Shown one piece after another: positions 22,400 through 36,009 of a stretch of 64,000 bases of DNA; the first letter of the stretch is position 1; the number at the start of each line of letters is the position of its first letter. This stretch comes from an uncultured delta proteobacterium (lineage in GTDB: Bacteria > Desulfobacterota > Binatia > UBA9968): positions 64,001 to 128,000 of the forward strand of contig CAWJZV010000017.1 of NCBI GenBank assembly GCA_963847445.1, in the 5' to 3' direction. Position numbers and translations under genes: made by a program. The notes beneath the pieces are model-generated. The model saw nothing but the letters and a program-made list of their open reading frames with translations, was not told the DNA's origin and searched no databases.

Positions 22400-23590
22400 T
22401 TATACATAGCCGAATCGTTTTCGGAATCTCCGCACGGACTCTTCAGGCAGTGTATAGCCGCGGCACTGCAGACCAGCCGCCTGATAACCTAATCCCTGGA
22501 GCACTTGGTAATGCGACTTGGAGGAATCGTCATCGACGACGCCGAGGGTCGGCTTCAAACTTTCATAACGCGCCGTCAGCAGTCCCGATAGCACGCAACC
22601 GCCGATGTTAAGCGGGTTATATTTGGATATGGCTTCGAGAACAGCCGGCGGCGTCTGGTCCTGCACCCTTTGAGGTAAATACAGAGTTCGCTGGAAAGGT
22701 TCCGGGAGCCGAAGGACGCCGCCCGCAGTAAAAAGAATATCCTCGTGGGCTTCAAAACGCTGCATAGCCTCATCGGATTGAAGCAATGCGGAGCCGAGTC
22801 GTCGACGATCACGGTTCCTGGTCTGAGCTGTTCGATATCCAGTACATCGGGCACATTGGTGGCTCCAACAATCAGGCCGGCGTCGTAAACTTCGTGCGGC
22901 ACTTTCCCATCGACTCGACGATCTGAATAGAGTCCTGCGAATTTCAATTCACGAATGAGGTCATCGCGAACTTTTTTTAGGTGATCGAGCTTGCTGTAAA
23001 TATCACAAAGCGTAATGGACTTTGGATGGGGCAGGCTGTGAAGCATGAGGCGAAGCGTGGTGTAACCGATGGATCCCAGCCCGAGGAATGCGACATTTTC
23101 TTCGGCCAGGCTTTTGCCCGCTTCGCGCAAAATCCTTTCGATCGTCATTACGACGGTAGACACGGTCGTCGCATGACCGGTGGTGACGAGAGGATAGCGA
23201 TCGTTTGCGGAAATGACGTCCGCGATGGCCTGCCCGTAGTTGGTTGCCGAGGGGAGCAAGCCGGTCAAGGAAACAACGCGTGCTCCGATGCGATGGGATA
23301 TTTCCAAGGCTTCGAGAATCAAGGTGACGAGATCCGATTGATCGTCGTATAGACGGGAGCGCAACCGAGGCAACCCGATATTCGCGATCCGGCCAAGGTG
23401 GGTTTCATTGATGCCGAACACGCAGGGTAGTTCGTCGAACCAGTCATAAAGAGCGGCATCGCGCGACAACCCCATGTGCTGGAGAAGGTCCTCCGACAAA
23501 TAACTCAACGCGGCGGCATCGACGGGAGGGATCTTTCCCGCTGCCAGAAGAGAAAGCAGCGATCGTCGTTCGATCGATAGCGGTCTCGCG
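22400..23590 (-). other. terminal NAD(P)-binding domain, acyl-ACP reductase/COG5322-like
   Basis: [49 protein letters not shown] in the same order as the AAR motifs. Confidence 0.7.
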
Positions 23591-26500
23591 CTGCCATCGA
23601 CCGGGTGAGAATGCATGGGCCTCGTTCCGGACACGCTTAGTAATCAATTCCGCGTCGGCTTTCGGGCCGCTCGGGCTTGGCTCAGGGTTGTTCTCATCAG
23701 CGAGTGTCTCGATCAGCCGAGCGAGCCCGGCGATCGTCGGCGCCTCAAAAATATGCCGCAGGGGCAGCTTTTTACGCAGCTTGGTGCGCACGCGGGATAC
23801 TAGCTGTGTGGCGGACAAGGAGTGTAGGCCCAGGTCGAACAAGTTGTCCTGAATGCCGACCTTATCGATTTTCAAGATCTCAGCGGCGAGTTCTACGAGT
23901 TTTCTTTCAAAGACGCTACGCGGCGCCGCAAAGGTTTCATTGATCTCGCGGCGTTTAAAGTCGGGGGCAGGAAGTGTCTTACGCTCCACCTTGCCATTAG
24001 GGCTACGCGGTAGAGAAGGCAGGAATACGAAAAACGCGGGTACCATGTATTCGGGCAGCTGCTGTTTGAGAAAGTCGCGTAGACTCCAGGCGGCGGGAGC
24101 ATCTTCGTCTTCCGCTACAACGTAAGCGACCAGCTGCTTTTCTCCGGAGTTATTCTCTGGTGCCAGAATGACGGCTTCACGCACTTTCGGATGTCGGCCG
24201 AGCACTGACTCGATCTCTCCCAGTTCGATGCGGATGCTGCGGATTTTAACTTGCCCATCACGGCGACCGACGAAAGTGAAAGTGCCGTCGGACCGATACC
24301 GAACAACGTCTCCGGTTCTGTACAAGCGCTCCCCCGGCTTGTTGCTATAGGGATGGGGAATAAATTTTTCGGCGGTTAGATCAGAACGATTGAGGTAACC
24401 TACGGTTAATCCTTCGCCGCTTATATAAAGCTCGCCTTCGACTACCCACGGGCGTCGGGTTGAGATCGTCGTCCAAGACATAAAGCTGAGTATGCGGAAT
24501 CGGTCGACCGATCGGTGCGGTCGGGCACTGGTGGTCGGCCAACGAGATCGGATGATAGCTCGAGGTCATTGTGCATTCGGTTGGACCGTACTGATTAACC
24601 AGCAAAGTCTTCTCTCCGAAAGCTTCATGAACCTTGCGGCATAAAGACCCATGCAGAGGCTCGCCGCCTAACCAGGATGAGACGGAGGCTGTCGTGACTC
24701 GGTCGGTCCTCGGCTAGCATGGTTTCAGCCAGCTCGTTGAGCATCGGCGGCACCGTGCTCAGCAGACAGGTTATCCGATGTTGCTTGATCTTGGAGATCA
24801 GCACTGTCGGGTCTTTGGCTCCCTGTTGATCCACCAGTACGACCCGCGCACCGACCGTTAGCGGAGCGATCATGTCGCGGACCGAAGCGTCGAAAGAAAA
24901 GGACGCCAGCTGCAGCACGCTATCTGCACTATTGAGATTGTAAGTGTCGGCGAGAAAATTACAGTAGCGCGCGAGTCCCCAATGCGATGTGAGGACTCCT
25001 TTAGGCGTTCCCGTGGAGCCCGAAGTATAATACACATAGGAAAGATCGGCGGCACTCGTCGCCCAAGTAGGATTGTCCTCAATTTCACTGTCAAAGAGAT
25101 GCCGATCCCGATCGAAGCAAATGATCTCTCCCTTGTACTCGGGTAGTCGGTTGAGACACGGCGCGCTGGTTACCAGCAGAGTCGCCCGCGTGTCTCCCAG
25201 CATGTAGGCAAGGCGCATCCTGGGATAGTCAAAATCCAGCGGCACGTAGGCGGCGCCGGCTTTGAGAATCCCTAACACCGCGATCACCATATCGCAGCAG
25301 CGCTCCATGAAGATCGGGATCAAGTCTCCTGTTGCCACTCCGCGCGTTCTGAGGTGACGGGCAAACTGATTAGCCCGTCGATTGAGCTCACGGTAGGTCA
25401 AGCTCAGGTGCTCGTCGGTGAGCGCGATGGCATCTGGGGTTCGCTGAACCTGGGCTTCGAAGAGTTGGTGGATACAGCGATGTTCGGCCGGGTGTGTTTC
25501 CGAGCCGCTCCACTCTGCGAGCAATTGGCGCCTTTCGTCCTCGGCCAAAAGGGGCAGTTCTAACAACCTACGACCGCAGTCCGATGTGAGTGCCGCCAAT
25601 AAGTTGCAAAGGTGCCCGAGCATGCGGTTGATGGTTGTGTCGTCAAACAGATCGGAGTTGTAATTGATTGTCAGAGTCAGCCGTTGCGGCTTGGGTATGG
25701 CATAGAGCGTCAAGTCGAATTTGGAGGGTATGGCAATGTGCTCCGAACGGCGATGCATCTAACCTGGGAAGCGACAGCTGGTCGTCTTGTGTTTCAAGGA
25801 GATTGAACAGCACCTGAACCAGCGGCGAGTGGCTGAGGCTGCGTTGGGGGTGAAGTTCTTCGACCAGCTTTTCGAAGGGCAGGTCCTGATGCGTGTAGGC
25901 GCCGAGAGCCGTCTCGCGAACTCGGGTTAACAACTCGTTGAATGTCGGATTGCCGCTCAGGTCGGTGCGCAGAACCAGGGTGTTGACAAAAAACCCGATC
26001 AGCCCCTCGATCTCAGCGCCGGTTTCGGTTGGCGATCGGCGAGCCGACAACGATATCGTTTTGTCCGGTGTAGCGGTAAAGCAGGGTTTGGAAGGCCGCT
26101 AACAGGGTCATGAACAAGGTGACCCCTTGTCGAGCGCTGAGCGCTTGGAGTCCCTGGGTCAGCTCTTGGGACAGCTCTATCGATTGTTTCGCGCCGCGAT
26201 AGCTCTGCACTGCCGGGCGGGGCCGATCGGTGGGAAGATGGAGCATAGCCGGCGCCCCGGCAAGTTGTTTTTTCCAGTAGGACAGCTGGTTCTCTAACAC
26301 CTCTCCTTGCAGCCACTGGCGCTGCCAGACGGCAAAATCGGCGTATTGAATCGGCAGCTCGGAAAGCGGCGAGGGGTTGCCCTGGGTGTAGGCTTGGTAG
26401 AGCAAGGACAGCTCGCGGTAAAACACCCCCCTCGACCAGCCGTCCGATACAATATGATGCATCGATAAAACCAAAATGTGATCGTCTTGGCCGAGACGAA

Positions 26501-29500
26501 GCAGCAGGACTCTGAACAGGGGGCCTTGGGATAGATCGAACGGCTCGCGGGCCAGCTCGGTTGCTAGTCTTTGCGCTTCGTTCTCACGGTCGCTTGCGGG
26601 ATGATGCGTCAGATCCGTTATCGGCACCGACATCCTCAGGGCCGGCGCGATCAGCTGAACCGGTTCGCCGTCAACCGCCGCGAAGGTCGTCCGCAGCGAC
26701 TCATGGCGCCGCACGATCTCGTTAAGACTTTGCTCCAGGGCCGGCGATGTCTAGTGATCCTTTGAGACGCAGTGCGCTGGGGATGTTGTAAACGGAACTG
26801 TTCGGCTCGTACTGATCCAAAAACCACAACCGCTGCTGGGCAAAGGATAGCGGAATTCTCTCCTGCGGGTCGGTGGCAAACATTGGCCGGGCGTGTCGTC
26901 TCTCTCCTTGACCACGGACTTGATCGATTCGCTCGGCCAAGCCTGCGATGGTTGGGCTCTCGAACAGAAAGCGCAAGGGAATCTCGGCCTGGCAGGTTTC
27001 CCATATGCGGGATATAAGCTGGGTGGCGAGCAGGGAATGGCCGCCCAGGTCAAAAAAGTTATCGTGGATGCCGACCTGGTCTACTTTTAGAACCCCAGCC
27101 GCAATCCCGGCCAACAACTCCTCCGTAGCTGTGCGAGGGGCGACGTAGCGCTCCTTCTAGTTCTGGTCTACCCTGTTCCGGTGCCGGCAGGGCTTTTCTG
27201 TCTAGCTTGCCGTTGGGGGTGAGCGGTAGACGATTTCGAGCATTACGAACGCCGATGGCACCATGAATTCCGGCAACTTCCGTTTCAGAAAGCTTCGTAG
27301 CTCATTCGTTGAAGTGTCTGGCCGAGCAGACCACATACGCCACCAGCCGCTTGTCTGTTCCGGGCGAAACCGCACGATCTTCAGGACCATCTTCGCGTGC
27401 GAGCACAGCCGCCTGCTCGGATTGCCGGATGTTGTCCGAGCACCGCCTCGATCTCACCGAGTTCGATGCGATAACCGCGGATTTTCACCTGATGGTCCAT
27501 CCGTCCCAAAAATTCGATGTTACCGTCAGGCAAGTAGCGGGCTAGATCGCCGGTCTTATATACGCGGCTTGCAGGATTGGCATTGAATGGATCGGGTATA
27601 AATTTTTCTCTGGTCAGTTCAGGACGGTCTAAATAACCCCGGGCTAAGCCGTCGCCACCAATATGCATCTCTCCTGACACTCCAATGGGGACGGGATTTA
27701 GGAGTTTGTCTAACAGATAAATTTGCGTGTTGGCGATGGGCCGGCCCAAAGTAACTCTGCTGACATTCGCCGCCACTCTCTGGACGGCCGAATAGATGGT
27801 AGTTTCCGTCGGACCATACATATTCCAGAGCGAAGCACAGCGTTGCACGAGCTGCTTGGCCAAGTCGTCGGCAAGCGCTTCCCCGCCGCAGAGAATTTTC
27901 AATTCTCGGTTGCCTTGCCAGCCACCTGCCAAAAGCATGCGCCAAGTTGCGGGGGTCGCCTGCATTGCCGTTGCGCCACAGTCTGACAATAGCTGTGCCA
28001 GTCTCAAACCATCGGAGGCGACGTCTCGGCGTGCCAGCACTACGCGCGCGCCTACGGTTAGCGGCAAGTATATTTCCAGTCCGGCGATATCGAAGCAGAA
28101 CGTCGTGACCGCAAGAAGGATGTCCGTTTCGCTCAGGCCGGGTTGGCGCGCCATCGAAGCCAGGAAATTAACCACACTGCTATGTTGAATCATGACTCCC
28201 TTGGGCTTTCCGGTTGAGCCCGAGGTGTAGATCACATAGGCGAGGTTGTCGGGGTCTAGTTGTTGGCCGACATTGGTTATGCTCTCACGCGCGATCTCTT
28301 GCCAGTCCTGGTCATAGGAATCCGCACGCCAGCAAAGGTTGGCACGAGTTTACCGATCTGCGCTTGAGTCAACAAAGAAGCAGCACGGCTATCTTCAAGC
28401 ATGAAATCAATCCGTTCGGCGTGGAAAGTCGGGGTCGATTGGCAGGTAGGCGCCGCCGGCTTTGAGAATCCCTAGCAGCCCGACGATCATTTCTATGGAC
28501 CGTTCAACGCAGATGCCGACGAGCACATCGGGTCCGACGCCGAGCTTTTGTAAGTAATGAGCGAGTTGGTTGGAGCGGTTATTGAGCTCGCGGTAGGTGA
28601 TCTGTTGGTCCTCGAAGACCACGGCGATGGCGTCCGGAGTTTTCTCGACCTGCGCTTCGAACAACTCGTGGATGCACTGTCGTTGGGGTAGTCGGTTTTG
28701 GTGTCATTCCATTCGACTAAGAGTTGATGCTTCTCCGCCTCGGTGAGCAACGGTATCTCGCTAATCGGTTGGTCTGGGTTAGCGACGATGCCTTCGAGCA
28801 AGACTTGAAAATGACCGAGCATGCGCTCGATGGTGGCGGCATCGAACAGATCGGTATTGTAGTTGAGCGAGGCGCGAGCGAGCCCTGTCTATCGGATATG
28901 GTGAGCGAGAGGTCAAACTTAGCAATGTTGCTAGAGGATACGAATCGGAACGGCGCTAAGTCCTTCAAGCTCCAAGGAAGGATCGCCGGCGTTTTGGAGT
29001 GCAAACATCACCTGGAACAGAGGCGAGATGCTGGGGTTGCGCTCGGGATGTAGTTCCTCGACAAGTTTCTCGAAGGGCAGGTCTTGATGAGTATAGGCTT
29101 CTAGAGTGGTTTCGCGGACTTGGGCCAGCAGTTCTTTGAAGGTCGGGTTGTTGGAAAGATCGGTGCGCAAGACCAGCGTGTTGACGAATAAACCGATCAG
29201 CCCCTCGGTCTCCTGGCGGGTCCGACCGGCGACGGGAGTGCCCACGGCGATGTCTTGCTGGCCGCAGTAGCGGCAGAGCAGGGTCTGGAAAGCCGCCAGC
29301 AAGGTTATGAAAAGGGTAACGCCTTCGCGCTGGACTTAAACCCTCAATTGCTTCGGAAAGTTGCGTCGAAAGCTCTACGGATTGGCTCGCATCCCCGGTA
29401 AGTTTGCAGCGCTGGGCGGGGATGATCGGTAGGGAGCTGGAGCGTCGAAAGACCGTCGAGTTGCTTTCTCCAGTAGGAAAGTTGCTTGTCGAGGTTTTCG

Positions 29501-32500
29501 CTTTGGAGCGAATCGCGCTGCCAGAGGGCATAATCGGCGTATTGGATCGGGAGCTCACTCAGGGGACTGGGCTTCCCGGAGCCGTAGGCTTGATAAAGTG
29601 TCGAGAGCTCGCGGAAGAGCACGCCCATGGACCAACCGTCGGAAACGATATGGTGCAGGTTCAAGGCGAGCACGTGGTCGTGCGGGGCGAGACGCCAAAG
29701 CCGAGACCGTATCAGCGGCCCACGGCTAAGATCGAAGGGCTGTAGAGCTTCTTCTTCGAGCAGGGATTGTAGAGCCGGTTCGCGTTCGTGTGCTGGAAGC
29801 TCGCTCAGGTCGATAGGAGTCAGCGAAAAAACCAACGACCGCAAGATCTTTTGCACTGGATTGCCATTGACGGTGGCAAAGACCGTGCGCAGAGCTTCGT
29901 GACGGCGCACGACTTCATTGAGGCTTTGTTCCAGAGCGTTGAGGTTGAGATCGCCGGCCAAGCGGAACGCTGCCGGTATGTTATAGGTTGCGTTACCGGG
30001 ATCGAGACACTCCAAGAACCATAAGCGTTCCTGAGCGAAAGAGAGCGGGGTGGCGTTGCTCCTTGGGACCGGAAGGTTGGGTTGAAAGCTCCGTGAGTCA
30101 TTCTTGATTCCCATGCTGGCCTGGACCGAATCGGCGAGGCTGGCAATGGTTGGCGACTCGAACAATCTGCGCAAAGGGAAATCGATCTGGAACGCTTTAT
30201 TTATACGCGAGACGACCTGAGTGGCTATGAGGGAATGGCCACCCAGGTGAAAGAAGTTGTCATGGATGCCGACCTTGTCGAGCTTGAGGATCTCGGCCCA
30301 GATGTTAGCGAGGAATCTCCTCCACCGGAGTTCTTGGGGCGGCAAAGGCATCGTCGAGCTCGGGTCTGCTGTGATCGGGAGCCGGCAGAGCCTTTCGGTC
30401 GAGCTTGCCATTGGGCGTGAGCGGCAGCGAATCGAGGAACATAAAGGCCGACGGCACCATGTAGTCGGGCAGCTTGTGCTGGAGATAGCTGCGCAGGTCG
30501 TGAGCCGAAGGGGCTGGAGCCCGCAACAGCAACGGTGTAGGCCACCAGGCGACGGTCTCCCGGAGTGTCTTCTCGCACGAGCACCACCGCCTGTTGGATG
30601 GCGGGATGTTGAGCGAGCACGGATTCGATTTCGCCGAGTTCGATGCGATAGCCGCGAATCTTGACTTGATCGTCAATTCGTCCGAGAAACTCGATGTTGC
30701 CGTCAGGCAGGTAACGCGCCAGGTCGCCGGTTTTATACAACCGCGCCTGCAGATCGTTACTGAATGGATGCTCAATGAATTTCTCGGTTGTTAGTTCCGG
30801 ACGGTTGAGATAACCGCGCGCTAAGCCTGGTCCGCCGATGTAAAGCTCTCCACAGACGCCAATCGGTACCGGGCTTAGGTGGTTATCGAGAATGTATGTT
30901 TCCGTGTTCGCAATCGGCCGACCAATGGGAACCGTTGCGGCGTTCGCTGCAACGGATTTTACCCGGTACCACGTTGCAAACGTCGTCGTTTCTGTAGGAC
31001 CGTAGACGTGGAGCAATCGACTTGGCGGGCTGCTGCGTAACAGCTCTCTCACTCTCTCGGGATCGACGGCTTCCCCGCCAAAGAGCAGGTTCCGCAACTT
31101 GCCGAGGGCGGCGGGTATTTGTGTCCACCATCTGATTGAACAAGGCAGTGGTCAAAAAGAGCGTGGAGATCCCATGCCGTTCGATTGCCTTCGACAAAGA
31201 CTGCGGCGATAGCAACGTATCTTTGGCGATCAACACCAGCCGTGCGCCGTTTAACAACGCTCCCCAGATCTCGAAAGTCGCGGCATCGAATGAAACATTG
31301 GACGCCTGGGCGATCACTTCCGATGGCGTAACCTGCACGTAGTCTGTATTCATCACCAAGCGATTGACCGCCCGGTGTGACACGGCAACCCCTTTAGGCC
31401 GCCCCGTCGATCCCGAAGTGTAGACCACATAGGCGAGACTGTCTGATGAAGTTTTCGCCGCTAAGTTGCGCTCGCTCCCTTGACCGATCTTTTCCCAGTC
31501 TGTGTCCAGAGAGATAATTGTGGCTGTGTGATCGAATACATCGACAAACGCATGCTGGGCGATTAAAACCCGCGCTCCGCTGTCCTGGAGCATAAACCTC
31601 AGTCGTTCATTGGGATAGGTAGGGTCTAAGGGAACATAGGCGCCGCCCGCTTTGAGGATGCCGAGTAACCCGACAATCATGTCTATGGAGCGGTCAACGC
31701 AAATACCGACGAGTTCGTCGGGACCGACACCATGTGTATGCAAGTAATGAGCGAGCTGGTTGGCGCGGCTGATTCAGTTCGCGATAGGTCAACTGCTGGT
31801 CTTCGCAAACCAGGGCTATGGCGTCCGGGGTCTTCTCGACCTGTGTCTCAAACAGTTCATGGATGCACTGATCTTTCGGATAGTCGGTCTTGGTCTCGTT
31901 CCACTCGTATAACAGCTGATGTCTCTCGGTCGGACTTAACAGCGGTATGTCCAGGAGCTGGCGGTTCGGATCGCGTATCATTTCTACAAGCAGTGTCCGC
32001 AGGTGATTCAGCATCCGCGTGATGGTGTCGTCATCAAAACGCTGCCGATCGTAGGTGATTTCCAGCGATAAATCCGGCCCCAGATAGCCCGCGACCGTCA
32101 GCGGATAATGGGTCATCCCGCGCAGGTGAAATTCGCGGTTTTTCCACCGATCGCCTTGCTCGTGCATCAAGGCATTGAGTTGGTAATTTTCAAAAACGAG
32201 CAGGCTGTCGAATAATGGTTTGCCCGAGGGAACGGGGCTCCATTCGTGGATTTTGACCAGTGGAGTATGCTCGAAATCCCGCATGGCAATCCATTGGGAA
32301 CGCAGTGTCTGCAAAAATGGAAGCAGCCTGCTGTTCGGAGACACACGAACCGGCACCGGAACCGTGTTGATCAGAAGTCCAACGACGGAATCGGCCCCTT
32401 CGAACGCCGCGTGACGGCCGGCCCGGGTTGCGCCGAAGACGACGTCGTTCTCCCCGCTGTAGCGGCTTAGGAGCAATGCCCAGGCTCCTTGCAGCAAGGT

Positions 32501-33254
32501 GTTGGGCGTCAACTGGTACCGTTCGACCAAGGAGCGAAGGGCACGAGTATCGGTTTTGGAAAGCCGGGCGGTCTTCTCGCCATAACTCTGCACCTGCTGC
32601 GGGATTGGTTGGCGATGATTTCCGGCCAGACTTTGTTCGGCGTTGAGATCTTTCAGTCTCGCGCGCCAGAAATTCTCCGCTTCGCAAATGTTTTGTTTCT
32701 GAAGCCAGTCGATGTACGACCGATAGGGCGAAGGATTGCTTAAACTTAAGTTGTCGCCACGACAAATGGCTTCATAGAACGCGAAGACTTCGTTGAGGAG
32801 CAAGACGCGCGAGCGGCCGTCAAATAGAGCGTGATGAGAAGTCCAAATTAATCGGTATTCAGCTTGAGCGCAGCGAAGCAGCGTCAATCGCATCAGCGGG
32901 GCTTGATCCAGGTGAAACCCAAGCTGCCGGTCGGTTTGCAGAAAGCTTTCGAGTTGTTTTTCCTGTTCATCAAGAGTTCGATCGCTCCAATCCAAATGTT
33001 TCAAGGGAAGTTGGACATCTCGATGCACTTGTTGGACGGGCGGCTCCGTCCCTTCCCAGAAAAAGCTTGTCCGCAGCGCGGCATGGCGGCGCAAGACTTG
33101 ATCCCAGGCTCGCTGAAAAGCGCTGACATTCGAGCTCTTCGCGGAGCACGGCAACGAGCTGCTGAATATAGACACCCGATTGCGGCGCCGACAAGCTATG
33201 GACGAGCATGCCATGTTGTAATGGCGACAGGGGGTATGAGTCTTCAATCTGCAT
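22400..33254 (-). CDS. trimodular NRPS C-A-PCP-C-A-PCP-C-A-PCP + acyl-ACP-reductase-like terminal domain (many indels)
   Basis: Consecutive overlapping ORF fragments: C1 HHALFDG; A1 [10 protein letters not shown]; PCP1 LGGHSL; C2 HHIVSDGWS; A2 [10 protein letters not shown]; PCP2 LGGHSL; C3 HHIVSDGWS; A3 [10 protein letters not shown]; PCP3 LGLHSL; terminal Rossmann domain. A single-gene reading is inferred. Confidence 0.85.
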
Positions 33255-33331
33255 AAGGAAAAACTTTTTGCGCTCGATGTATGTACGTCGTTACCGAACC
33301 AACCTGAATCGCATTGAATCTAGCCGCGCTT

Positions 33332-33550
33332 TTATTCCTCGGAGCTATTTTCTGCCATTTTGTTTCTCAAACTTAGCGGTCTCATGTCGGTCCAAACTTT
33401 CTTGATATAAGCCAAACAATCGGCCTTCAGCGCTTCTTTACCAGCATCTTTCCAACCGAGGGGATTGGGTTTTTCCACTGGCCAGATCGAGTATTGTTCT
33501 TCGTGATTTACCACTACTTTGTAAATCCTATTGTCTTCTGTTTCTTCCAT
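33332..33550 (-). CDS. mbtH: MbtH-like protein
   Basis: [16 protein letters not shown]...[15 protein letters not shown]. Confidence 0.97.
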   Translation of the reverse strand: MEETEDNRIYKVVVNHEEQYSIWPVEKPNPLGWKDAGKEALKADCLAYIKKVWTDMRPLSLRNKMAENSSEE

Positions 33551-34059
33551 TGCAATTCCCTACCTTTCCTAGAGCTTCAATTGGAGCGGTCGGCATCGAC
33601 AGCTACGATCCTAGCTTGTTGCAATCTCGATCTAAAAATCAAGAAGCTAATTTAACGGTTTACCACTCGTGAGACATTTGGTGCCATTCAGGGACAACGC
33701 GCGACACTTCTTTGCTTTCGACTGCGTGGTGTTGCATCCCCTGTCGGGTAAATCCTTGCAGGGCGTGAATGCAACTACCGAGTTCTGGCCTTGCTGCAAC
33801 TTGGTCGCGATTTCGCATCGTGTACGGGAGTTTGTCGATTTGAACGCAACGACAAAATGGCTGGCAGTTTTGTTATACCGTTGTGTGTAGGGGGGTGCAA
33901 TGGAGACAATGCAGCCTTAGAGGTCGCCGGTGACAACGAACTAGATTATCCGATTGACCGATTTCACGGAACGTACCCACCCAATATCAGGTGGTCCCCG
34001 GTGGTTTTCTGAGCGCAGCGGCGAACGATGGTAGCTTGGCCAGCTGGAGGATCCAGTTG

Positions 34060-34830
34060 ATGGCCAAAGAAAGGACCAGCGTTCGTATGCAAACTCAGAT
34101 CAAGGTTATGTCGGCGCAGGGGCACTCGCTGCGCAGTATCGCTCGGGTGCTTCGGCTTTCGCGCCGCACCGTACGGAAGTATTTAGAACCAGACCCCCAG
34201 CCGCCCAGTGAGAACGGTGGCTGGGAGGACAAGATAGACTGGGATTATGTGCGCCACGAAGTCTACGGCAAAGGGACCACGGTCAAACAGATTGGCCGGG
34301 AGGTTGCCTCAGAGATCGCGTATGTAAAGTTCTGGCGGGTGTTTCGTGAACAGGCCGGACACAAAGCCAGTCCACAACAAGTCACCATTCGACTTCATCA
34401 CAAGCCGGGGAAAAAACCCAGGTCGATTTCGGCGACGGTGTTTTTATCACTGAGCGAGAAAGCGGCAAGAAGACGCTCACGCAGTTTTTCTTGGGCGTGT
34501 TGCCGTTTAGTTCGTACACCTTCGGGGAGTTTGTTTTAGACCAGAAACTGCCGACCTTCATCGGCGTCCAACAACGCATGTTCGCTTACTTTGGCGGGGT
34601 CACCCCGTACCTGGTGGTGGACAATCTCAAGAGCGGGGTACATAAGGCCCATCTCTACGATCCCGACGTTAATCCGACCTATTGCGATTTTGCCAATCAC
34701 ATGGGCTTTGCCGTGCTGCCGGCCCGGCCCTACAAACCCAAAGACAAGGGCTCGGGGGAATGTCACATCGGAGTTCTGCAAAGAGGCTTCTTTCAGGAAG
34801 TGCGTAACCGGGTCTTCTATTCATCGGCGA
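34060..34830 (+). mobile_element. istA: IS21-family IstA transposase, frameshifted and 3'-truncated
   Basis: HTH SLRSIARVLRLSRRTVRKY; FGGVTP.LV.DNLKSGV, PARPYKPKDKG..E; no istB. Confidence 0.85.
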
Positions 34831-35049
34831 GCCCACTATCGCAGACGCCATCTGCGATCGCTTGCTGCACCACAGTTACAAAATTGAACTGAAAGGAGAC
34901 TCGATTAGAAAGAACAAGAAATGAGAAAACCGACTTGCAACTTAATGAAGCCTTAGGCTATGAAAAAAACTCCAGCGTCGCTTCGCTCCGACCCCCGGCC
35001 GCAGTCAGCGAAATAGGGGGCCGAAATGCAGCGAAGTCACCGGCCGAGT

Positions 35050-35486
35050 TGTGCGAAATATCCATCCGGCGATGCCCAGACACTGAAGTACCCATGTGAA
35101 CACCGTCCGATGGGTTTCCAAATCGATCAATCGCCGCGTCCGCGATATCGTCGAATGATCCGGCGCACACTCTGTCAGCCCCAGCTCAAGGAACGATCGC
35201 ACTCCCGAGGAGTCCGCCGCGCGCCACGCCATGGCGCGTTCAGAGTCCAGGCATTCGAAGTAGCCAAGTAATAGAAAACGGAAATATCGTCCAGGCGCCA
35301 GACTGGGCCGCCCCATCTTCTCGGCATAGAACGACCGGCACTGCGCTTCGACAAACTCGTCGAACCCATGCTTGGCCAATAACCCGTTGAGCTTCTCGTA
35401 GAACGGGTGGCTCACAGACTTCGGCAGCTCGCTCACTGCCACCCATATCGCCGACTGCTCTTCGCGCTTCTTTGTCCCATCGCCAT
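35050..35486 (-). mobile_element. IS1182/IS5-like transposase 5' fragment (DUF772)
   Basis: HPFYEKLN..L....FD.FVE..C..FY...GRPSL.PG.YFR, PDHSTISRTRR; truncated. Confidence 0.85.
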
Positions 35487-35569
35487 GTAAAAAACTTTAA
35501 ACCCTATCAACCTTCGTGTCGATCACTTACGGTTTTCTACCGTCACTCTGTGCGCGACTTTCACCACGG

Positions 35570-36009
35570 GCTGCTAGACGCGAAGCCGATAGTCCCAGTC
35601 CGGAGGAGCCAACCCGCTTGCCTTTCACGTCGGCGATGGTTTTGACGCCCGGCCCGCCGACAATCAAAAACGCCAGTGACGGCGTCCCGCCGAAGATCGC
35701 TTGCACCGGCACGCCGCCGGCGGTGGTGACGATACGCGAGATCGGACCGTCGTAGGATACATCGAGGGCGCCACTGACCATCATCTGCGCCCCCTGCGTG
35801 CCGCCGCTGACATTGACCTGTTTGACGTCTAGACCATTCTTTTTGAAGTAGCCTTCTTGCTCGGCGATCCACAGCGGCGCCAAGCGCGCGTTGCGAAAGC
35901 TCATGCCGAAGTTGACGGTGATGTTTTTCGCGTGGGCGGTCAGTGCATTCGCGGCGGTGAATAAGAAAACGGCTGCGATGATCAAGCGATGACGTGTTGA
36001 GGTTTTCAA
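35570..36009 (-). pseudogene. NMT1/SsuA-type substrate-binding protein, 3'-truncated
   Basis: GGGAGG RBS + TTG; signal peptide; PLWIA.QEGYFKKNGLDV, DVKGKRVG; breaks off next to the IS fragment. Confidence 0.8.

Noticed and set aside
25800-30700. Near-identical DNA stretches within the NRPS
   Set aside because: Expected similarity between paralogous C, A and PCP domains.
33886-33960. IS21 left inverted repeat (TGTAGG.. with repeated GACAA)
   Set aside because: Plausible, but no matching right end exists in the window to confirm it.
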